This document shows positions 10,070 to 18,979 of a DNA stretch of 64,000 nucleotides, piece by piece (within the stretch, counting starts at the first letter, position 1; the number at the start of each line of letters is the position of its first letter). The notes under the pieces were generated by a model that ran no database searches, was not told where the DNA came from, and saw nothing but the letters and a program-made list of their open reading frames with translations. Source of the DNA: Thermoplasmatales archaeon I-plasma (GTDB lineage Archaea; Thermoplasmatota; Thermoplasmata; Thermoplasmatales; GCA-001856825); the NCBI GenBank assembly GCA_001856825.1, contig ATMD01000004.1, positions 170,568-234,567 on the forward strand. The letters run 5' to 3'. A program made the translations under genes and the position numbers.

Positions 10070-11238
10070 AGGAGCCCTTGACGTTCATAGACCTCTTTGC
10101 TGGAGCAGGAGGATTCTCGCTAGGCTTCCACCAGGCAGGTATGAAGGGGATATTTGCGATAGAACGCGACCCAATGGCATTCGAGACTCTCAGGTACAAC
10201 CTCATAGACAGGAAAAATGCTTTTGCGTGGCCTTCATGGCTGCCAGTTGCGCAAATGGATATAAGGTACGTCATTGACAAATACAAGGAAGAGCTAAAGG
10301 GGCTCAGGGGAGAGGTGGATCTTGTTGCAGGAGGGCCGCCTTGCCAGGGGTTCTCCACCGCGGGCAGGAGGATTGAGCATGACGAGAGGAACCAGATGTT
10401 TAGGGAATACATCAAGTTCGTAGAAATTGTCCAGCCAAGAATGATTCTCTTTGAGAATGTTCTAGGATTTGATATGCGATTCGGTGGTAAACAAGGAAAC
10501 GGGCCTTCGTATTCTAACTTGTTAGGAAATAGATTAAAACAAATTGGATTTGAAAAGCCTGCACTCAGAAAAGTAGACTTTTCGGAATACGGGGTGCCTC
10601 AGTTTCGTAAGAGGATAATACTATATTCTACGAAGAAAGGGATAGATCCAGAAACTTTTTTCGATCAACTTCTTAAGAAGAAGTCACATTCTAAAATATC
10701 AGTAAAACAAGCTACTTCCGACCTTCTACGTTCAAATGGCGAGGTGATAAGTCCGGATTCTCCAAATTTTATGAATGGTGTGTATGGTACTCCTTCAACA
10801 CAGTTCCAAAAGGCAATGCAAGAAAGCAACCAGAAAGGATTACCAGATAGTCATCGGTTCGCCAGACACAGCCAAAAAGTGGAGGAGAGGTTCAAGTTTA
10901 TTCTTCAGTCCCACTCAAAAGGAAAGAATCTTGACAATGTTTCGAAAGTAAATCTTGGATTAAAGAAGAGAACTGTGATACCGCTTGATCCTGATACTCC
11001 ATCTCCAACTCTAACAACTCTACCAGATGATTATATCCATTACGAAGAACCAAGGATTCTGACAGTTAGGGAATACGCCAGATTACAAACATTCCCAGAA
11101 TGGTACGAGTTCAAGGGGAAGTATACCACTGGTGGTAAATTGAGGACATTAGAAACTCCAAGATATACACAAGTTGCGAACGCTGTTCCACCAAAATTCT
11201 CTGAGCTGGTAGCTTTCATCCTTTCAGTACTACATTAA
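10066..11238 (+). CDS. dcm: DNA (cytosine-5)-methyltransferase
   Basis: Motif I FIDLFAGAGGFSLGF, motif IV GGPPCQGFS, motif VI FENV, motif VIII QFRKR, motif X ANAVPP. Confidence 0.95.
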   Translation: MKEPLTFIDLFAGAGGFSLGFHQAGMKGIFAIERDPMAFETLRYNLIDRKNAFAWPSWLPVAQMDIRYVIDKYKEELKGLRGEVDLVAGGPPCQGFSTAGRRIEHDERNQMFREYIKFVEIVQPRMILFENVLGFDMRFGGKQGNGPSYSNLLGNRLKQIGFEKPALRKVDFSEYGVPQFRKRIILYSTKKGIDPETFFDQLLKKKSHSKISVKQATSDLLRSNGEVISPDSPNFMNGVYGTPSTQFQKAMQESNQKGLPDSHRFARHSQKVEERFKFILQSHSKGKNLDNVSKVNLGLKKRTVIPLDPDTPSPTLTTLPDDYIHYEEPRILTVREYARLQTFPEWYEFKGKYTTGGKLRTLETPRYTQVANAVPPKFSELVAFILSVLH

Positions 11239-11242
11239 TACA

Positions 11243-12295
11243 TTACTTAGTTTCTTCCGCCCTAATTGACGTGATTTGTTCAGTTACACGTTCTATATCG
11301 ATTATGAGCCTCGTCAACTTGATAAAGAAGGACTTCATTGTTTTCCTGTCGTACCCTCCATCCTGAGGATTCTTTGCGTGAATGCCTATTTTCTCGCCGT
11401 CAAGGCTGGTTATGGGATTATGAGCAAAATCATCCCTAAATCCTGAATAAGCTATAGTCTCCCGTGAAAAGCGCTCTATTTTTCCCCTAATATCAGGCCC
11501 TATAATTTTGGATTCTTCTAAGATTTTGAAGACATTGGTCATATTCTTCGCTTTTCTGGTCAGGTCAAGTCCATTTCTCGTGAGCGTAAATTCCCTCAAA
11601 ATTTGTTTTCCTAGTTCCCTCATATCATCTTTTGTTCTGCCATTCAAGCCTTCTTTCGGTTCGTCTTCTAAATGAATTACAGTTACAACTAGTTCATTCC
11701 ATGCATTATCCAAATCTGCAAATCTTGAAAGGGCTAATCCCCTAATATATTCAGGGTTGGTCCAGAAGAGGTAAAATTTAGTAGTTGCAGCTAGCAATGT
11801 TGGCTTCAAGTCATCACGACTTGTTGTCCAAATTCTCCCATATGGGTTTGAATGCTCAAAATCTGGAAGATCCGGGAGGTTTGTGTACAAGACCGAATCT
11901 AAGGGATAACGCCTCCTTGATATTTCCTCCAGTACTTCCTTTCCTGATTCTGGATTTCCAGGTAAATTGTTGTCTAAAACAACGATATCAGGAATATTGT
12001 CCGACTGTGCAAGATCTATTAACTTTTTCTTGAATTCCCCCTCTACCTTGCTATCGAACAATTTGTACGGAAGGATCCCTGTAACCTTTATCCGTCCTTT
12101 ATTGTCCAATTGCTTGAACTGGCGATGAACGCTTTCAGCTACCTTCATGATATCTGTGTTAATATCTTCTAAAATGTCTGGAGAATCTTCCATTACGGCG
12201 TACTCAATGGTTAGATCGGACGATGTCCCTTCAGATTTCTGGTCGCTGTTCACAACGTCACCTCGAAGCAAGCCCCACTCATTCCCTTTTCGCAT
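11243..12295 (-). CDS. receiver (REC)-like domain fused to a HEPN-like domain; candidate effector of the upstream kinase
   Basis: REC landmarks AVMEDSPD, DIVVLDNNLPG, SVLYTNLP and DLKPT. C-terminal FRDDFAHN (Rx4H). The likely start is GTG at 12253, overlapping the kinase TGA (GTGA) with GGTGA 4 nt upstream. The track start at 12295 is an alternative. Confidence 0.55.
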   Translation of the reverse strand: MRKGNEWGLLRGDVVNSDQKSEGTSSDLTIEYAVMEDSPDILEDINTDIMKVAESVHRQFKQLDNKGRIKVTGILPYKLFDSKVEGEFKKKLIDLAQSDNIPDIVVLDNNLPGNPESGKEVLEEISRRRYPLDSVLYTNLPDLPDFEHSNPYGRIWTTSRDDLKPTLLAATTKFYLFWTNPEYIRGLALSRFADLDNAWNELVVTVIHLEDEPKEGLNGRTKDDMRELGKQILREFTLTRNGLDLTRKAKNMTNVFKILEESKIIGPDIRGKIERFSRETIAYSGFRDDFAHNPITSLDGEKIGIHAKNPQDGGYDRKTMKSFFIKLTRLIIDIERVTEQITSIRAEETK

Positions 12296-12509
12296 GCGTT
12301 TCCTACAAACTTGATGGACCCCCCGATCTCATTTAATATTTTCTTTACTATATACAGACCTATTCCAGAACCTGCAGTTGATGAAGACCAAGGCCTAAAA
12401 AGATTTGAAGCCTCTCTATCAGATATTCCCTTTCCATCGTCTGTGAACCTTATTGCTAACTTTCCATCCTGATTGATTCGCGCAGTTATTTTTATCAATA
12501 AGGGATTCA

Positions 12510-12520
12510 CTTTTGTACAG
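12510..12520. repeat. target-site duplication, left copy (CTTTTGTACAG)
   Basis: Identical 11-mer at 13731-13741, abutting the other IS end. Confidence 0.85.
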
Positions 12521-12708
12521 GACATTGGGACAGAAGTGACTAATCTTCATCCTTCTTTATGATCAGGAAGGCCTTCTTCCCCAGAAACTCCTTAGGACAG
12601 TCAACTTTGGCACCAGATCCAAATTTTGTGACTGTCCTTTCCATGTAAGCCTGAATGTTCTTCACGGTGATCTGGTTCCCTTCCTTTATCTGTACCTTGC
12701 GCACAAAT

Positions 12709-12717
12709 GTATATATA
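12709..12717 (+). promoter_or_regulatory. putative TATA box for a leaderless transposase mRNA
   Basis: The A/T run GTATATATA lies about 25-30 nt upstream of the ATG at 12742. Confidence 0.3.
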
Positions 12718-12741
12718 CCCCATATATATTACATTTTCGTA

Positions 12742-13710
12742 ATGAGGATCACCCAGCTGGACTATGAGTATTTCCGTGACTCCATTGAAGAACTCATGTC
12801 CCGCTACAGGGAGGAATTCTCCATACCAGTGACAACAAACTGGAGGGATTACGAGTATCTCTACAGGCAGAGGATGAAGGGCATGGCTCTGGAGCTCAGA
12901 GCAATGATAGACGAGTCCTCTTCCTTCGTTGTAGAGGAGTTTGGAAGACCCTCGTTGCTGGAAGCAAGGGAGAAGGTCTTCGTTATCCTTGTGAAGGAGA
13001 TATTCCGACTGAGCAACAGGAAGGCCGCTTACCTCCTTCCTCTTCTCGGAATTAGCAAGGACATCAGTTACAAGACCGTCGAGAGGCTATATTCAGATCC
13101 TCTTGTCCTGATGATATTGAATAACCTCTTCATCAGCTCCGTCATGAGAAAGGGCATCTCTTCCGCTGACACATCGGGTGACGGTACCGGGTATTCCCTC
13201 ACCGTCACGAAGCACTACCGTTCCATGAGGGAGAAAGATGGTGAATTTGTGAAGGAGGGGAAGTTTGTCTATTCATTCGCACTGATGGATCTGGCAACAA
13301 GGATGTATGTTGGATATGCAGTTTCCGTCAGATCGGAGAAGGATGCGTATCATAAGGCATTAGAGATGATAGGTAAGATGCGCATTGACCTTAAGAGCAT
13401 CCGTTTGGACAAATATTACTCGGGACAGAGCATACTTGATGATTTCAATGAAAACACAATGATATTCCTCATCCCTAAGAGCAACTCCAGGATAAGGGGA
13501 AGAAGGAACTGGAGGGAAATAATCAGGCGCTTCATGGATGATCCGATGAACTATCTCAGGGAATACTTCAAGAGGAATGCATCAGAATCTGGATTCTCCT
13601 CAGACAAGAGAGCTACGGGAGGCCTGATATATCAGAGGAGGAAGGACAGAAAAGAAACGTCAGGGTTCTGCAAGGGGCTCATTCACAATTTGATGTTATT
13701 GCACAGTTAG
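12742..13710 (+). CDS. IS transposase (DDE, with a Y-x2-R-x3-E-x6-K signature)
   Basis: SGDGTGYS, IRLDKYYSG and YFKRNASESGFSSDK (the YREK motif of IS4/IS5-like transposases). The ATG at 12742 is preferred to the track start at 12655, whose N-terminus is low-complexity. Confidence 0.8.
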   Translation: MRITQLDYEYFRDSIEELMSRYREEFSIPVTTNWRDYEYLYRQRMKGMALELRAMIDESSSFVVEEFGRPSLLEAREKVFVILVKEIFRLSNRKAAYLLPLLGISKDISYKTVERLYSDPLVLMILNNLFISSVMRKGISSADTSGDGTGYSLTVTKHYRSMREKDGEFVKEGKFVYSFALMDLATRMYVGYAVSVRSEKDAYHKALEMIGKMRIDLKSIRLDKYYSGQSILDDFNENTMIFLIPKSNSRIRGRRNWREIIRRFMDDPMNYLREYFKRNASESGFSSDKRATGGLIYQRRKDRKETSGFCKGLIHNLMLLHS

Positions 13711-13730
13711 AGGGACTTCTGTCCCAATAT

Positions 13731-13741
13731 CTTTTGTACAG
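13731..13741. repeat. target-site duplication, right copy (CTTTTGTACAG)
   Basis: Identical 11-mer at 12510-12520. Confidence 0.85.
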
Positions 13742-15720
13742 TTATCTATAATATTGTCGACCACTAGAGATATTGTCTCAGGAAATATCTCTCTCCTGTA
13801 GTTTATGTTCCCCACTTCGATCTGTAGGCTAATTCCCCTCCTGTCCAGAGATTTCGGCCAGAATTCTCTTACATATTGTTCAATATATGATGGAATGTTA
13901 GTTTCTTCCTTCCTGGACACATCCCACCTTGCCTTTAGAACCAGTTTGTTTCTTTCTTTCAGGAGCTGCAGTTCCTTCACAGCATCTTCTATTTTATCTA
14001 GCAAATTACGTGACAGGTTATTTTCTTTGGCATACTTACCAATATCCAATAGAGCTGGTTCCAGCCGTCTCGCAATAATGTTGAGGTTATGTTCTGCTAT
14101 CAACCTGAGAGTACCTGTCTTGACATATTGGGATGCGGTGCGCATAAATACTGCATCGTCCTCAGCTGCTGCTGCTTCAGACTCTATTTCTTTAAGAGAT
14201 TCCCTGAAGGCTGAAAGATACCTTCCCAGAGCTTTTCTTTTCTCTGGGTCCAGGTCTTTCGAAAGGTCTTCAATAAACTCCAGGCTTTCATATGCCCCTT
14301 TTTCCCGGACAGCTTCTGTGAGGGAGTCAGCGTATTCAACTGATAAAACATTCTTGTCGGACGTTGCCATTCCAGCCAGAAATTCAATAACCTTTGCGTT
14401 TCTTTCTGCTTTTTCCTCCTTGCTGGACGGAAGCTGCCACTCTGATGATTTTACAACATAATTCTCTAGCCTAAGGACTACCTTATCTCGCACGAATTTC
14501 ACGAGTTCATCTCTTGCGTCTCCGTCTTTTATGCCAGAATCCCTGCTTGATGCCTCTTCCCAAACTCCTCGTATATCGGTCACCGCCACCCTCCCGAACA
14601 ATTCTCTAGAAGAAAGGAACCTCCGGTAACCCTGCTGTTTCCTCATGTTCAGCCCCAACCAGTCATCATTAGGTTCACCATAAGGGAAAACCCTTACGCC
14701 ATTTCTATACAAGAAGACATTGCCGTAGTTTACTGGTGCGATTCCAACTGTTCTGGTAAATTTCCCTTTAGCAGCTTGGTCAAGATAGAAAACATCGGCT
14801 TCGATAGAGGTGATAAATTTCAACCCCTCTACTCGCTCATTCAGCTTGTAAAGTTGCACCCCGCGGTCTAACAGTATTGTCGTTAATATCCCATCTTTGA
14901 GCGAAACCGATATCTTTGTTGCTACGCCCTCCAGGTCTTGGAAAAGGGTACTTCGAACTAGACCATTAACTACATCTGCTGGACGCTTCTTCGCGATGCT
15001 TTCTTCTTCAGTTCTTAAAAACGGAGCATCGATTGTAACCTTGAAGCGACCAAGTCCTGCCGGGCTTACTGGATCTAACAGTTTCTGGAAATGTCGCTTC
15101 AATCTTAGTACTCCTTGATAATCCCATTGTTCTCTCAAACCGCCTATTACTAAGAGAGTACCGCTTTCTATTCCTGCAGCAAGCGATGGAGTCTTCTTCT
15201 CTTCGCGGATAACTACGGGTATTTCTTGAAAATCCTTGTCCGGAGCATCCTGAAATTTCTTCCAGTCGGCTATCAGGTGGTTCCAAGAGGATGTCCCACT
15301 AGTTCTCGTATAAAGATCAAGCGTCTCACCAAGTTTATCACAAGAGAACCTTCCTATTCCTTTCCTTCCAACAGGTATCTTTGATAGTTTTAGATCACCT
15401 CTTTCTATTTCATCTAGGGTGTCACGCTTAGATGATTTAGCAACATTCATCCATTTATCTTCTATGTCTTTCCTACTCATTCCAGACCCATTATCTAGTA
15501 TTGCGATCTTGGTCGGGGGGGAATGGTCATCGTTGGAGATGAACTTCACCCAAGCATCCGTTGCTCCGGCGTCATAAGAATTCTTGACGAGCTCGAATAC
15601 AGCCACATATTTGTTTGTTAGCAGTTCCCTCCCAATTAGATCCTTCAAGTAAGTGTTAATGCGAAAATGCAGTGGTTTGAAGTTTGTATAATCCTCATTC
15701 ATGCTCTCTCACCTTAGATC

Positions 15721-15759
15721 CTACCCCTCCAGTATCTCTTCAATCCCCTTCTCTATCAT
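15721..15759 (-). other. 12-codon mini-ORF MIEKGIEEILEG, a relic of a wHTH gene tail
   Basis: Its ATG overlaps the SHOCT gene stop (ATGA, 15756-15759). The sequence is homologous to the 3' end of the wHTH gene at 18979..19275. It ends 18 nt before the GHKL-kinase ATG. Confidence 0.35.
15726..15751. repeat. junction repeat, copy 3 (23/26 identical to copy 2)
   Basis: CCTCCAGTATCTCTTCAATCCCCTTC compared with CCTCCAATATCTCTTCTATCTCCTTC. Confidence 0.7.
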
Positions 15760-16130
15760 TTCCCCAAATCCTCCTTCATCTTATCGTACTGGTCTTTCGA
15801 TATTTCACCCTTTGCATATCTTTCCCTGAGTATCTCCAATGCATCGTCATGGTCCCACCATCTCCATTTGTGGTCAGAATACCTTGAAGCTCTTGATATC
15901 CATCCTATAGACCTTGCGAACCATACTATTGCCCATATGAAGAGGAAGAGGAAGAACAGGCCTATGAGAACTCCCATTACGCTTCCCGCCACTCCTATCC
16001 ATCCTGAGAATGTGTTGGGGAAGGCATGGGAATTGAATATCACGCTGAGTATTGCTGCGATCCCTATGAGTATGAACATGACGGTGAAGCCGTACCAGAA
16101 TACTCTCCTAGGATCACGGCTGTAGGTCAT
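15756..16130 (-). CDS. membrane protein with a C-terminal SHOCT domain
   Basis: Two to three TM helices followed by DDALEILRERYAKGEISKDQYDKMKEDL, the SHOCT signature. Confidence 0.7.
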   Translation of the reverse strand: MTYSRDPRRVFWYGFTVMFILIGIAAILSVIFNSHAFPNTFSGWIGVAGSVMGVLIGLFFLFLFIWAIVWFARSIGWISRASRYSDHKWRWWDHDDALEILRERYAKGEISKDQYDKMKEDLGK

Positions 16131-16175
16131 TGTCTTATTACCCTCCTATTGTCATACTTGTGGAATTTACCCGTT

Positions 16176-17141
16176 TCAATGTGAATCACTACGCTCTGTT
16201 ATCCGTTTCAACAATTCTGAGTAGTATGACATCAAAGATACAGTGAAGCGATAAGCAAGCAGCGCATCCTCTCTCTTTATCGAGTAAACGTCTTTATGGG
16301 GGCCCATCTGTGTCAATTTGTCCACACGTCTCTTGAGTTCTAAGATATCGTTTATGAATGAGTCCAGTGACTCCTGTATGCTATTTACCCTTTCATCCTT
16401 CGTTGGCTGATTGACCTCCGATTCCGAATCCTCGTTTATTTTCTCCTTTATCATTTTCAGGTATTTGCTTAGATAAGGGTCCATTCGGTCCCAAGCAGAC
16501 CTGAGGTCTGACACTACCTGATCCGCAGGCGCATTCTCCATTATGCCCTTCCCAGCCTTTTCTATGAATTCCACAACTTCGTGGTACCCTTCAAGCTTAG
16601 GCCTCTCCATTTCAACTATCCATCTTTCAGAGTAACCCAGGTCACGCAAGAATTTGGCCCACTCTCTTTCTGAGAACTTCCAAGGGATATGAAGCATGAA
16701 TCTTTTGCTGGTGGAGATCGGCTGAATACTATCTGGACGATGTGGAATAATTTTTCCTTCCAAGACAAGATTTAACGTTATATCGTCAACTCTCTTTGAC
16801 TCAATTTCCTTGAGGTCTTCGATGGAAATTCTTAAAATGTAACTAGCGTTGGCTACCATGTGTGGATCGACGGAACCCTGACTGATGTAGCTGTGCGAGA
16901 CAGGTATATTCTGAAACACTAAAGCAAGATTAGTTTCATCAATCGAATAGCCAACATTATAATAAGGTTGGCCGGGTTGGTCTAACTTCTTGCCGTACTC
17001 GGCTCCAACATTTAGCTTGATTTCAAAAACTGCAATTGGTACTTTGTTCAAAACTTTCCATTCAATAGGATCATTTATGAAGATTTTACCATCGAAGTCA
17101 GCTTGGAATTCAGACAATTTAACCATATATCTTGTCACCAT
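16176..17141 (-). CDS. hypothetical protein: beta-rich N-terminal half and helical C-terminal half
   Basis: 321-aa ORF in an operon-like array. No motif I can assign. Confidence 0.5.
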   Translation of the reverse strand: MVTRYMVKLSEFQADFDGKIFINDPIEWKVLNKVPIAVFEIKLNVGAEYGKKLDQPGQPYYNVGYSIDETNLALVFQNIPVSHSYISQGSVDPHMVANASYILRISIEDLKEIESKRVDDITLNLVLEGKIIPHRPDSIQPISTSKRFMLHIPWKFSEREWAKFLRDLGYSERWIVEMERPKLEGYHEVVEFIEKAGKGIMENAPADQVVSDLRSAWDRMDPYLSKYLKMIKEKINEDSESEVNQPTKDERVNSIQESLDSFINDILELKRRVDKLTQMGPHKDVYSIKREDALLAYRFTVSLMSYYSELLKRITERSDSH

Positions 17142-17174
17142 CCATTTTCATACAATCTTCCAATTTTTCTACGG

Positions 17175-17981
17175 TCATTTTATTTTTGCCTCCAATAAAT
17201 CCAAATTCTCTAGGGCCTTCTTTTGTTCTTGTCCTTTCAATAAAGTGTTTGCTTGCGGGGGCCATATAATATCGCAGGCACTCTTTACAGGGTCATATAT
17301 TATTATGCCTGAACCTTGCATCTTTAACTTCTTCAAAACAGATTTACCAGCTTCATTCATATTATTTCTTTTCATTGATTCTTCGATAAGTAATCCAGGG
17401 GTAACAACAGCATATACATTGCGGGAGAAGGTTGAGGCATCAGCTAGCTGGCTCAGAAGATGGTCAAAAGCACCAGATTTAGCCTTGACTTCAACAGAAA
17501 GGACATACCTGCTAAATTTTCCCAGTAAGGACTCCTTCTTAAATAGCGTGATATCAGCAAACCTGATGCCTTGTTTCCCTCGCTTATTATGAGTGTCAAT
17601 TACGATCAAGTTTTTGAAACTATTTTGTTTTCTCAGAAATTTAACAATGTCTTTATAAATATCCTTCTCGTCATCTACATGACCAAATACCTTCTTTACT
17701 TTGGAGTCAGGAAGCCCCGCGTCTTTCCATATGCTTTGGATTAAAATAGCATAGGGATCCCATCCTCTGAATTTATCTTGATATGAGCATCTTTTGCAGA
17801 CATTTTTGAGTGCTTTGATTCTATCTTCTTTTTTCAGCTGATTATATTTTTTCAATTCCATTTTCGGTTTATCTCCTTGCTGAATTACGTTCAGCAAATT
17901 GAGATAACAGACAGTATCTCCACTGCTATCAATCAGTCTCTTAATGATTTCATCAATATCCAGTCCAAAATATTTGGTCAT
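17175..17981 (-). CDS. PD-(D/E)xK nuclease-fold protein (putative)
   Basis: GIRFADITLF, then 17 residues (KKESLLGKFSRYVLSVE up to the motif), then LSVEVKAKSG, giving D...E-x-K spacing, followed by a Q-containing helix (LLSQLADAS). Confidence 0.5.
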   Translation of the reverse strand: MTKYFGLDIDEIIKRLIDSSGDTVCYLNLLNVIQQGDKPKMELKKYNQLKKEDRIKALKNVCKRCSYQDKFRGWDPYAILIQSIWKDAGLPDSKVKKVFGHVDDEKDIYKDIVKFLRKQNSFKNLIVIDTHNKRGKQGIRFADITLFKKESLLGKFSRYVLSVEVKAKSGAFDHLLSQLADASTFSRNVYAVVTPGLLIEESMKRNNMNEAGKSVLKKLKMQGSGIIIYDPVKSACDIIWPPQANTLLKGQEQKKALENLDLLEAKIK

Positions 17982-18044
17982 TCATCTCTCCTCCAATATC
18001 TCTTCTATCTCCTTCAGATGTTTTGCAACTTTCCCTAATTTCAT
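17982..18044 (-). other. 20-codon mini-ORF MKLGKVAKHLKEIEEILEER, a relic of a wHTH gene tail
   Basis: Its ATG overlaps the stop of the 312-aa gene (ATGA, 18041-18044). Its TGA directly abuts the ATG of the 268-aa gene (TGAATG). Confidence 0.35.
17990..18033. repeat. junction repeat, copy 2
   Basis: The 41-nt core at 17993-18033 matches 18990-19030 at 39/41 positions. Confidence 0.85.
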
Positions 18045-18979
18045 TCCCTCCACCTCACAGAAATAGAATCGTCTGAATATCCAAAATGTTTCATCAATGA
18101 CTTTACCAATTGTTCTATTCTTCTGGAGCCATAATTGGTCTCTAAATAGAGGCCGTTCGATAGCTTATAGGGATTGGCGAACTTATTATTTTTGTTTTGG
18201 TGGATTGGCTCAGTGTTGATTAACCACCTATCTGGGCCCGACGGGAGCCTAAAGGGATTTGTTATCTTCCCCTTGGAAATTAACCATTCGGCGGTCTTTA
18301 TGAGAATTTGATTGGATTTGTTGACATTAAATACTTCCCCATTTATAGATAGACTGATTGGGCGAAGAGGCCTATTCCGTTTTCTTCCACCTTTAATATT
18401 ATAAGATTTAGTCGATTCCAGTGGCGTATCTTTCACGGGCAGTACTTCATCCTTTGAGCTTCTTTCAGATTGAGTAAGGATAGGCTCTGCCGTGACTTCT
18501 CCGAATGATTCTAAATTCGCAATAGAGATTGACTTAATTGCCACTTTGGATTCCTCGTCGTTAATGATGTCCCATTCTATGATCTTCTTCTCAGGCAATC
18601 TGGTTACTTTATATGTGTCATACAGCTCCCAATGATTTCCATCCGTGGCAATAAAAAATTTCACACCTTCAGAAACGCAGTATGAAATGTGCTGCTGAAG
18701 GTCTTCGTTCTTGCCAAGTTTCTTGGCCCCGATAAAGGCCCTAGGACTGTTCTTATTGTGTAAAAACAGGGCATAATCTGGTCTTCCTGCATCGGTTGAG
18801 TATTCTGGTTTGACTTGTTCTGGGTCTTCGGTGTCCCAACCTAGTCCCCTTAAAAACGGGTCGACGAGGGAGTACCTGACAAGCGCTTCGTTTTTAGAAA
18901 ATTCGTCCCTGTATTTTCTAATTTTCTCTCTTAGCTCTCTTATTAATTCAATGTTATCTCCAATAGATATTTTGGCCAT
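18041..18979 (-). CDS. HsdR-N-terminal-like (type I restriction enzyme R N-domain) PD-(D/E)xK protein with an unknown C-terminal domain
   Basis: NEALVRYSLVDPFLRGLGW, GRPDYALF, AFIGAKKLG, QQHISY and KFFIATDGNHWELYD. The expected catalytic Glu of ExK is Gly (GAK). Confidence 0.6.
   Translation of the reverse strand: MAKISIGDNIELIRELREKIRKYRDEFSKNEALVRYSLVDPFLRGLGWDTEDPEQVKPEYSTDAGRPDYALFLHNKNSPRAFIGAKKLGKNEDLQQHISYCVSEGVKFFIATDGNHWELYDTYKVTRLPEKKIIEWDIINDEESKVAIKSISIANLESFGEVTAEPILTQSERSSKDEVLPVKDTPLESTKSYNIKGGRKRNRPLRPISLSINGEVFNVNKSNQILIKTAEWLISKGKITNPFRLPSGPDRWLINTEPIHQNKNNKFANPYKLSNGLYLETNYGSRRIEQLVKSLMKHFGYSDDSISVRWRE

Larger units (their letters stand above)
12521..13730 (+). mobile_element. 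insertion sequence, about 1.21 kb, single DDE transposase; family not assigned
   Basis: Terminal inverted repeats are ACATTGGGACAGAAGT (12522-12537) and ACTTCTGTCCCAATAT (13715-13730), matching 15/16. Flanked by an 11-bp direct repeat. The left boundary is uncertain by 1 nt. Confidence 0.85.
12250..15702 (-). pseudogene. GHKL-ATPase + histidine-kinase fusion gene (about 743 aa when restored) interrupted by an IS
   Basis: The N-terminal ORF (13696..15702) has ELVKNSYDAGA, ILDNGSGMS and GRKGIGRFS, a candidate H-box LIAEHNLNIIARRL, and N-box VVDNIIDNCTK. The C-terminal ORF (12250..12525) has FTDDGKGIS, NLFRPW and GSGIGLYIVKKILNEIGGSI. The reading frame is continuous once the IS and one target-duplication copy are removed. 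Confidence 0.75.

Noticed and set aside
13805-14461. 218-aa ORF antisense to the GHKL-kinase gene
   Set aside because: The translation is Ser/Leu-rich and low-complexity with no motifs, and the opposite strand carries clear GHKL-protein sequence.
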